A stretch of DNA of 20,000 bases from an uncultured virus (IMG/VR IMGVR_UViG_3300028299_000005) (IMGVR_UViG_3300028299_000005), one strand, 5' to 3'; positions 8,536 through 15,007 are shown, counted from the first letter of the stretch. Notes: a model not told the origin generated them from the letters alone. Made by a program: numbers and translations.

Positions 8536-8995
8536 TTACTTATCCTTTGGTGGTTGATTTTTAAAACAATTATCTTCTCTACAAATACAACCATCTAATC
8601 CTGATAGTAACATTCTTCTGTGGCTACATTCGATATTCCCGTTTATATTCATTTTAAGTTTGCACTTCTTTTGAATTTTTATAAATGTCTTATTCTTTGG
8701 TGAGTCACTTTCTAAATTTTGCCAATTTCGAGAATAATTTCTATAATCATCTATAATTGGTTTATCCTTCTTACTCCTTACAAGTTTTAAATCCTTGCTC
8801 AATTTATTATCAATATCTATTTCTTTATCTTTTGGTACGAAAAACCTCATTAATCCAATTTTTAATTCAAGTTTTTTCTTTTCTTTCGCACATTCTTTGA
8901 TGATTGCTTGTTTGTATTCGTCTAAATCATTAACCATTTCCAATTTGCAACGCCATCCTGTATACTTACTTGCAATTTCTTCTTTTTTTTTTCAT
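8536..8995 (-). CDS. hypothetical protein carrying the LDx..IIKECAK module; frameshift in A10 run after ATG
   Basis: ATG at 8995 overlaps upstream TGA; A10 (8983-8992) shifts it out of frame with track ORF 8536..8943, A9 restores the frame. Confidence 0.65.
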
Positions 8996-9186
8996 TGCTT
9001 ATTCTTTAAAACTTCTTTTAATTTTCTATAACTATGATAGTATTTACTTAACATTTCGATACAATCTTTTTTGGCTTTAGCATTATCAAGTTTTGTATCA
9101 AGATTGCAAGTATGAATTAGCAGAAAATATAATGCCAACCAAACAAAAACCCCTACTTCGCCACCATCGTATTTACATTCTGTCAT
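8992..9186 (-). CDS. small protein with N-terminal TM segment (64 aa)
   Basis: AGGAG SD; hydrophobic VGVFVWLALYFLLI. Confidence 0.7.
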   Translation of the reverse strand: MTECKYDGGEVGVFVWLALYFLLIHTCNLDTKLDNAKAKKDCIEMLSKYYHSYRKLKEVLKNKQ

Positions 9187-9267
9187 TTTTTCTCCTGTTA
9201 ATATTTCTAAATTTAAAATTCATATATAACCAGAGCAAGTATCTACGGATGTCTCTTAACCATTTCC

Positions 9268-9480
9268 TTACTTGTCCTTTAAGTTTAAAACATCAAGACA
9301 ATATTTGTAAGGTCTTCCGCTGGACTTACTCCATTTCTTCGCACATTCTTTGATGATTGAGTTTTCTAATTGGTCTAAACTTTCTTCAATCGAATGTTCT
9401 AAATTCTCAATGCTAATATTAGCATTCCCATAATTGTGAATTTCTAACATTATATCATTAAGTGTTTTTTCTTTCATCAT
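9268..9480 (-). CDS. hypothetical protein with LDQLENSIIKECAK module (70 aa)
   Basis: ORF track; GAGGA SD. Confidence 0.75.
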   Translation of the reverse strand: MMKEKTLNDIMLEIHNYGNANISIENLEHSIEESLDQLENSIIKECAKKWSKSSGRPYKYCLDVLNLKDK

Positions 9481-9543
9481 ATTTATCCTCTTAAATTATT
9501 TTACAATTTCTCTTGCAAATGTAATTTTTGTTACAGTAATATT

Positions 9544-9657
9544 CACCACCGTAGCCACTTTGGTTTAGGTATTCGAAATACGTACTACTTGCGCTATCAC
9601 GCTCTTTGGTAGTATGAAAACGTTAAAGGGCAGGGCTATTTAGTCCTGCCCTTTTTT
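9544..9657 (+). ncRNA. putative small RNA partly complementary to the downstream allo-tRNA
   Basis: Hairpins with plus-strand G-U pairs, ending in a terminator; 9544-9556 pairs 11/13 with 9668-9680 and 9568-9578 pairs 11/11 with 9726-9736. Confidence 0.55.
9625..9657 (+). terminator. intrinsic terminator (possibly bidirectional)
   Basis: GGGCAGGGCT-ATTT-AGTCCTGCCC followed by T6; the G-U pair works only on the plus strand. Confidence 0.8.
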
Positions 9658-9661
9658 ATTT

Positions 9662-9746
9662 GGAGGGGGCAACCGTGGTGGTTTACGGCTCCGGCCGATA
9701 ACCGGATGAACGTCAAATGACGTGGTTTCGAATACCGCTCCCTCCG
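9662..9746 (+). tRNA. allo-tRNA (9/3 cloverleaf), Ser-like body, anticodon GAU
   Basis: 9-bp acceptor GGAGGGGGC/GCTCCCTCC; 6-bp D stem CCGTGG/TTACGG with TGGT loop; anticodon stem TCCGG/CCGGA with loop CC-GAT-AA; V arm ACGTC/GACGT; 3-bp T stem GGT/ACC with TTCGAAT; G discriminator; no encoded CCA. Confidence 0.85.
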
Positions 9747-9835
9747 CTTTTTATAAATTGTTGCTTAGTCATAATGTTATTACTTCTTTATATGATACAA
9801 TTAAAAATTGTAATGTAAATCAGTATCTTTAATTA

Positions 9836-10234
9836 TTATTCCTCCTTTAGGTTTTTATGGTAATTATCAAATCCATTTATTATTTCTAACATTAAATTCA
9901 TAGTATTATGGGATATTATGTTTCCTGAATGACTTTTATTGTCTCCGTCAAAGTGTTCAGATTGTATGTTCCTAAAAATTTCTAATTTATATTCAGTATC
10001 AAAATCTAAATCAATCATTTTTTTCGCACATTTTTCAATGATTGATTGTTTATATTGGTCTAAAGTCAATGCCTTTTGTCCGATAGTTAATTCTTTATAT
10101 CCCAATATTTTTATTCCACAAAGAAATCCTTGTTTATCATAGTCAAGATAAACTCCATAATCAACTCTATCAATTTCAGTTGTTTTGTCTATTTCTCCAT
10201 CACTTAGTTTTATATAAATTGGTTTCTTATTCAT
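9836..10234 (-). CDS. DUF2283-like N-terminal domain fused to LDQYKQSIIEKCAK module
   Basis: YIKLSDGEIDKTTEI...VYLDYDKQGFLCGIKIL resembles DUF2283. Confidence 0.65.
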   Translation of the reverse strand: MNKKPIYIKLSDGEIDKTTEIDRVDYGVYLDYDKQGFLCGIKILGYKELTIGQKALTLDQYKQSIIEKCAKKMIDLDFDTEYKLEIFRNIQSEHFDGDNKSHSGNIISHNTMNLMLEIINGFDNYHKNLKEE

Positions 10235-10238
10235 TTAT

Positions 10239-10517
10239 TTACTCCTTAATTGGCTTGTGAAATTCTTTATAAAAATCTATCATAGCATCATATATACTAT
10301 CTCCAAATCCAGCAATTCCTTCTTGTAAATTATCACCATACAAATAACACCATTGATTCCCATCTTTTTGTGGCTTTAATCCAAGTATAGAGATTAACTC
10401 ATATCTTGACTTATCATATAAATCAGTCATTTTATCTTGATGTTGCATTTGGTCATAGTGCTGTCTTTGTGCAGATTCTTCTCTAAAAATTTGTATCTGT
10501 TCATCTATTAAACTCAT
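10239..10517 (-). CDS. hypothetical phage protein (92 aa)
   Basis: GAGGT SD; DGNQWCYLYGDNLQEGIAGFGD motif. Confidence 0.8.
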   Translation of the reverse strand: MSLIDEQIQIFREESAQRQHYDQMQHQDKMTDLYDKSRYELISILGLKPQKDGNQWCYLYGDNLQEGIAGFGDSIYDAMIDFYKEFHKPIKE

Positions 10518-10536
10518 TATATTTACCTCTTATCCT

Positions 10537-10770
10537 TTAGGTTTCTGATTGCTTTGACTGTTCACGATAATTGTTATAATGTTTTAAAATATTGTCTGTA
10601 GTCGATTTTTCTGTTTTAACAAATTTCCCAAATGTAAGTATTAGTTCTATGTCTAAAGACGATGTTTCTCTTAATCTTGATAAGATATTTACATCTGTGC
10701 ATAGTCTTTTTTCTTCTTTTAGTTTATCACATATAGCAACAATTAATGTATCTCCATTATATTTACTCAT
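10537..10770 (-). CDS. hypothetical protein (77 aa)
   Basis: ORF track; AAGGA SD. Confidence 0.75.
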   Translation of the reverse strand: MSKYNGDTLIVAICDKLKEEKRLCTDVNILSRLRETSSLDIELILTFGKFVKTEKSTTDNILKHYNNYREQSKQSET

Positions 10771-10773
10771 TTG

Positions 10774-11085
10774 TTATCCTTTATTCTTTAGATGTATGAT
10801 TGCTTCTTTCATGGCTAAATTCCAAAATAATCTACCACAATAACCGCTAATTGTAGTTCTTAAATGTTCGTCGGGAATTGCCATTACGTACTCTTTTGTT
10901 GTCATTGGAAAAACCGATTCAGGATATGGATTTTGGATTTCTTGTATATCTTTAACACATTCTTCGATTATGCTTTGTTCTAATTGGTCTAATCTTTCTC
11001 TAACATACTTACAATTATCATAATAACTATTTCCATTGCTTAACATCATTGACGCTAAGTCCACTATTATTTCTTTCTTATTCAT
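10774..11085 (-). CDS. hypothetical protein with LDQLEQSIIEEC module and NPYPESVF motif
   Basis: ORF track; GGAG SD; ATGA overlap. Confidence 0.8.
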   Translation of the reverse strand: MNKKEIIVDLASMMLSNGNSYYDNCKYVRERLDQLEQSIIEECVKDIQEIQNPYPESVFPMTTKEYVMAIPDEHLRTTISGYCGRLFWNLAMKEAIIHLKNKG

Positions 11086-11222
11086 TTATTACTCCAGATT
11101 AAAAAATTACAATTAATTTCATTTGCCCCATTTTTTGCACAATCGTACCCCATTTTGTAAGCATATTTAGGACTAACCTTCTGTGGAATTAATCCTGCTG
11201 CTAAATCTATATTATCTTTCAT
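11082..11222 (-). CDS. small phage protein (46 aa; AYKMGYDC..NG.N..NC), possibly truncated
   Basis: ATG at 11222 with AAGGAAGGT SD (track start 11297). Confidence 0.6.
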   Translation of the reverse strand: MKDNIDLAAGLIPQKVSPKYAYKMGYDCAKNGANEINCNFLIWSNK

Positions 11223-11274
11223 CTTACTTACCTTCCTTTTTAATACCGGTTGTTTAATCTTCAGGAAAGTTTTG
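11217..11274. repeat. direct repeat copy 1 (gene-end / RBS / start cassette)
   Basis: 27 nt identical to 12214-12240; similarity extends to about 58 nt. Confidence 0.85.
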
Positions 11275-11463
11275 TATAATCCTTTGTAAGGTATCATTCA
11301 CTTCTTTTTTTAAATCCAATAATTCATCTAACGATAAATAGGAAAGTGAACTTCCGTTGATAAGCAAACTACCCCTTCTGCCCAATTCATGATAAATTTC
11401 AATCGTTTCAATCTTTTTGTCACTACCTAATGACGCTACCTGTCCACCATTTTTTATTTTCAT
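11254..11463 (-). CDS. hypothetical protein (69 aa)
   Basis: ORF track; AAGGA SD. Confidence 0.75.
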   Translation of the reverse strand: MKIKNGGQVASLGSDKKIETIEIYHELGRRGSLLINGSSLSYLSLDELLDLKKEVNDTLQRIIQNFPED

Positions 11464-11482
11464 TTGTTATTCCTTTAATTTT

Positions 11483-11593
11483 TGCAGGGTTGCTTACTGT
11501 AAGCGTATTTGCAACAACCGATGGAAGATGCTTCGGTATTGGCTTCCTCTCGCCTTTCAAGCCTCATCAGTTTGTAAGACTTATTGCCCTGCA
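11483..11593 (-). ncRNA. putative structured intergenic RNA
   Basis: Closing stem TGCAGGG/CCCTGCA; internal AAGTCTTA/TGAGGCTT and GGAAG/CTTCC; palindrome GCTTAC-A-GTAAGC. Confidence 0.4.
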
Positions 11594-11607
11594 TTATTTG
11601 TCCTTTT

Positions 11608-11856
11608 TTAATAATCCGATTTCCTTTTAAATCTATGATAACCCTGACTTAAGTTATATTTGTTAGGCATTGTTCTTATGTCGGATTTTAGAAAATTTCC
11701 ACATTTACAAACAACTCTAAGAAACATCCATTTAGGCTGACTACCACCAAATGACTGTGTTTGTGGTTGCATTGTTTCTCCACATTTACAAATCATAGGA
11801 TTCTCTTTTAATAATTTTAATGCCTTTTTATAATTTTCTTCTGATGTATAAAGCAT
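11608..11856 (-). CDS. small zinc-ribbon-like protein (82 aa)
   Basis: Two CKCG motifs. Confidence 0.7.
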   Translation of the reverse strand: MLYTSEENYKKALKLLKENPMICKCGETMQPQTQSFGGSQPKWMFLRVVCKCGNFLKSDIRTMPNKYNLSQGYHRFKRKSDY

Positions 11857-11859
11857 TTC

Positions 11860-12219
11860 TTATCCTTTAAGTTTTATATGTTCAACTACTCCGTTTTTAT
11901 CTGCTGTTCCCCATTTTCTTTTTTTATTTACATCTAATTTATTATAAGTAATCGTAATAAGTTCATCAGTATTTATTCCGAAATGAGTTGCACAATCAAG
12001 TAATAACATAAACACATCTGCAAATTCATCGTGTACTGCCATTCTTGTATCAAAACAATCTACCTTTTGGCAAGTTTGAATTGCTTTTGTAAGTTCCTCT
12101 GATTCTTTCTGTAAATGATATGAAATTGGTAAACTTCTACTCCTATTAAATTCGCCACCATCAAATTGTTTATCAGACCATTCGGAGATTTTATTCATAA
12201 GTTCCTGTAATGTTTTCAT
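11860..12219 (-). CDS. MazG-like (DUF550-type) dATP/dGTP pyrophosphohydrolase
   Basis: WSDKQF, HLQKESEEL, DEFADVFMLLLD, KLDVNKKRKWG and VEHI motifs of the all-alpha NTP-PPase family. Confidence 0.85.
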   Translation of the reverse strand: MKTLQELMNKISEWSDKQFDGGEFNRSRSLPISYHLQKESEELTKAIQTCQKVDCFDTRMAVHDEFADVFMLLLDCATHFGINTDELITITYNKLDVNKKRKWGTADKNGVVEHIKLKG

Positions 12220-12272
12220 CTTACTTACCTTCCTTTTTAAACATCTCTTGTTTAATCTTCAAGAAACTTTTG
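12214..12272. repeat. direct repeat copy 2 (gene-end / RBS / start cassette)
   Basis: Matches 11217-11274. Confidence 0.85.
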
Positions 12273-12336
12273 CAGGATAATCCTACTACTTGACTTTGTA
12301 GGAATGTTTGATTCATACGAGTTCACTCTATCCTGC
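12272..12336 (-). other. repeated structured motif, copy 1 (RNA junction or micropeptide MNQTFLQSQV...)
   Basis: Stems GCAGGATA/TATCCTGC and TCCTAC/GTAGGA; 12286-12316 is 29/31 identical to 14117-14147. Confidence 0.55.
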
Positions 12337-12341
12337 CTTAT

Positions 12342-12728
12342 TCATTTATTTACTCCTTGCCACTCCTTTTTAATATATTTTTTATCTTGAATTATTTTAG
12401 CCCGTGCGGATTGTCTAATCTTTTGGTACTCAGCCCTACCCTTGTCATTTAAAACATCTAAACAAATACCTATTTTGCTTAATTGCCCTTTTTTAAATGC
12501 TTGTGCTATATCCTTGGGGAAATTATCAGGTGTAGAGAAATCAGTACATTCCCTGTCTTTACCTTTTCCATTTAGTTCAGGATAATAATGCCTAATTGCA
12601 CCGTGTCCTTTAATATCTGCTTGAAATTCAGGAAGTAATAGTTTTTTACCCTCTTTGGTTTGTAATTTTAAATTGTCTATAAAAAAGTTTTCTCCTTTAT
12701 ATTCAATCCAACTAATAAAATTACACAT
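12342..12728 (-). CDS. hypothetical phage protein (MCNFISW... type)
   Basis: ATG at 12728 with AAGGAG SD (track start 12773). Confidence 0.8.
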   Translation of the reverse strand: MCNFISWIEYKGENFFIDNLKLQTKEGKKLLLPEFQADIKGHGAIRHYYPELNGKGKDRECTDFSTPDNFPKDIAQAFKKGQLSKIGICLDVLNDKGRAEYQKIRQSARAKIIQDKKYIKKEWQGVNK

Positions 12729-12820
12729 TTTTGACTCCTTTTGTTTGTTGTTAAATAGTGGGTGATTACTCACCCATAGTAATTATACTTCTCGCCATTA
12801 TATTATCAAGTATTTCTTTC

Positions 12821-13012
12821 TTATTCATTATTTTTGTCCTTTAGGTTTCTGACAAACTTTTCTATCGGCCATTCTGCACCCGCACCAAGATCTAATTCAG
12901 CAGTCTTTCCATTTTTTTCCCCATTTTCTCTTGATTTAGTAAGAATATCATGAGAAAACATAAAATATGGTGATATTTCTTTTATAAATTCTTCTTTAGT
13001 TATTTTCTTCAT
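12821..13012 (-). CDS. hypothetical protein (63 aa)
   Basis: ORF track; AAGGA SD. Confidence 0.7.
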   Translation of the reverse strand: MKKITKEEFIKEISPYFMFSHDILTKSRENGEKNGKTAELDLGAGAEWPIEKFVRNLKDKNNE

Positions 13013-13114
13013 TTTCTATCCTTTTGGTTGTTAATAAATTCATCAATAGCTTACGGTGTAGATAATCAAAGATTCACAACGGTAGCCGATTATAGACTAT
13101 CGCACCTGTCTTTT

Positions 13115-13531
13115 CTACACCACTTTTAATATTTTTCTACCACGACACATAACTTTATCACCGTCATTAAACTGTTCTGCTTTTTCAATAAGTTCGGAAA
13201 ATATATCATTAATATTGCCATCCATTACAAATCCACCCAAATCTATTTTATAAGTTCCATCATAATTTACTTTGCATTTCATTGATTTTTCTATAGAATC
13301 TAAAATCATGTTAAATATTTCTTCTTTTGTTTTGTCAGTTTCTTTTACAATTATATGCGTAGTAAATTTTCTTGTTTTTATTCCACACATACTAAACTCA
13401 GTGCCTTTCCCCTGTCTATTGTTCGCAGTTTGAAATTGACCAAACATTAATATCTCTCCATTATTTGCCCAATGATAATCTTTTTTAGAATTGTATCCCT
13501 TTTTATGTTTTTCTGCTATAAATAACTTCAT
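13115..13531 (-). CDS. hypothetical protein (138 aa)
   Basis: ORF track; AAGGA SD. Confidence 0.8.
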   Translation of the reverse strand: MKLFIAEKHKKGYNSKKDYHWANNGEILMFGQFQTANNRQGKGTEFSMCGIKTRKFTTHIIVKETDKTKEEIFNMILDSIEKSMKCKVNYDGTYKIDLGGFVMDGNINDIFSELIEKAEQFNDGDKVMCRGRKILKVV

Positions 13532-13542
13532 TTATCTATTCC

Positions 13543-13707
13543 TTACTTATCCTTTATCTCTGTTAAATCTTCTTCTGTTATGGTAAAACAAACCACATTG
13601 TCTTCTTCCTTTAAATACACATCATAACCTTGCCTTACAAGTGCAGCAATCAAACAATCAACATAGTCTTTATTAAGTATCTCTGTCGATATTTCGTATT
13701 TTTTCGT
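13543..13707 (-). pseudogene. 54-aa small phage gene with ACG in place of ATG
   Basis: AAGGA SD then ACG-KKYEISTEILNKDYVDCLIAALVRQGYDVY...EIKDK*. Confidence 0.6.
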
Positions 13708-14069
13708 TTATTGATCCTTTTTTGTTTGGTTCGTTTAATACGTTCAATTTTTATAACATAAATAACTTTATTTATAATTTTATATGTCATTTTTAAACTA
13801 TAATCGCCTTTTGCACATCCAAGATCTACACTATATCGCGGTCTTGTAAAGAATAATAAAATACGATCAAACCGTGTACAATTGTTAGATAATTTACTAC
13901 TCCTTCTAAATTCAATATTATAAGTTATGCCTTGATCTTGGCAGTATTTAAGAGTATCAACTCCAAACTCTTTTTCAATTAATAATAAAATCCCCTTATC
14001 GAGCTTGTTAAATGCATGTAAATAATCAATAAGTTTTTCAATACCTTCTATAATTTTTTTATTTGTCAT
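13650..14069 (-). CDS. hypothetical protein (139 aa; ancestral stop probably at 13704-13706)
   Basis: ORF track; codon 122 is CGA where TGA would create an ATGA overlap. Confidence 0.7.
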   Translation of the reverse strand: MTNKKIIEGIEKLIDYLHAFNKLDKGILLLIEKEFGVDTLKYCQDQGITYNIEFRRSSKLSNNCTRFDRILLFFTRPRYSVDLGCAKGDYSLKMTYKIINKVIYVIKIERIKRTKQKRINKRKNTKYRQRYLIKTMLIV

Positions 14070-14108
14070 GATATATTATTCCTTAGTTTTATATTTTAGC
14101 AACTTGTC

Positions 14109-14164
14109 GGAAAACCCTACTTGACTTAGTAAGAATGTTTGATTCATGCATGTTCGTTTTTTCC
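14109..14164 (-). other. repeated structured motif, copy 2
   Basis: Stems GGAAAA/TTTTCC and TCTTAC/GTAGGG; core matches 12286-12316. Confidence 0.5.
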
Positions 14165-14237
14165 CATATAATCATGAAAATATGGTAATTTTTCTATACT
14201 TTTCACGGTTATAATTTTACAATTCTCCGACTCCTTT

Positions 14238-14450
14238 TTATTCTTCTGTCCACTTTGTTGGTTTACCCATTTCTCTTGCTACTGCTTCCGCTACTGAATT
14301 AATAGAATATCCTAAAAATTCCTGCCATTTAGTTTTCATATTCATAATACAACTGTTACCACCATCCGTTAATGGAATATAGTCTTTATCAATTGGCACA
14401 GCAAAAAACTTAAGAAAGGCTTTGCATCTTTTTAATTCTCTTTTTGTCAT
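14238..14450 (-). CDS. hypothetical protein (70 aa)
   Basis: ORF track. Confidence 0.7.
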   Translation of the reverse strand: MTKRELKRCKAFLKFFAVPIDKDYIPLTDGGNSCIMNMKTKWQEFLGYSINSVAEAVAREMGKPTKWTEE

Positions 14451-14491
14451 TTTATTTTTTTTTGCGATTCATTTATATCCTATTTTAAACT

Positions 14492-14782
14492 CTAACATCG
14501 TGTATACTCAAAAAACTTCTCTGCACTCCAAAGCATTTTTTGTTCTAATTTATGTTTAGCATTCACTTGAATTGATTTCAATGGTGCTATGACTAATAAT
14601 TTATACTTGTCATCACTAATTGCGATTTCAATAATAATGTCTTTCGTCTCAGCAAATCATATTAAGTATCTCCAAATGTCCTTGATTGCTGCTTTATTTT
14701 CTCCACAATAAAATCACATAAACTCTTTCATCAATTCAATATTTTCAAATTTATTGTAAATTTCTTTCCATGGTTTTATCAT
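14492..14782 (-). CDS. 96-codon gene interrupted by two in-frame TGA codons (readthrough or pseudogene)
   Basis: ATG at 14782 with GGAAGG SD; TGA at 14714-14716 and 14657-14659; TAG at 14492; fills an otherwise empty gap. Confidence 0.55.
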
Positions 14783-14788
14783 AATTTA

Positions 14789-15007
14789 CTACCTTCCCTG
14801 TTCGGTATAATATTCATCTACATCGTGACTACCCACAGTATACTCAGGCAAATCTTTATTATATTTTATATATTCAATAAGTTCTTTTTCTAATTTGTCG
14901 AAATCATCAGAAGAAATAAACTTGGGAATAGATTGAAACTTTGCAAATTCATTAGTTTGTTTTATGTGTTCAGCATATCTTTCTATTATTTCTCTAAGCT
15001 TTGTCAT
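14789..15007 (-). CDS. hypothetical protein (72 aa)
   Basis: ORF track; AAGGA SD. Confidence 0.75.
   Translation of the reverse strand: MTKLREIIERYAEHIKQTNEFAKFQSIPKFISSDDFDKLEKELIEYIKYNKDLPEYTVGSHDVDEYYTEQGR

Noticed and set aside
9661..9747. Minus-strand reading of the tRNA element, which ends in CCA
   Set aside because: G-U pairs become A-C mismatches, and the D-loop GG and the T loop are correctly placed only on the plus strand.
11520..11575. Canonical hammerhead ribozyme or fluoride riboswitch
   Set aside because: CUGAUGA is present but the GAAA core and properly placed stems are not; the fluoride riboswitch P1 and consensus are absent.
12300..12320. UCA in the loop AAUCAAA read as a UGA-suppressor anticodon
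   Set aside because: Only a 3-bp stem, no U33, no T loop and no CCA, so it is not a credible tRNA.
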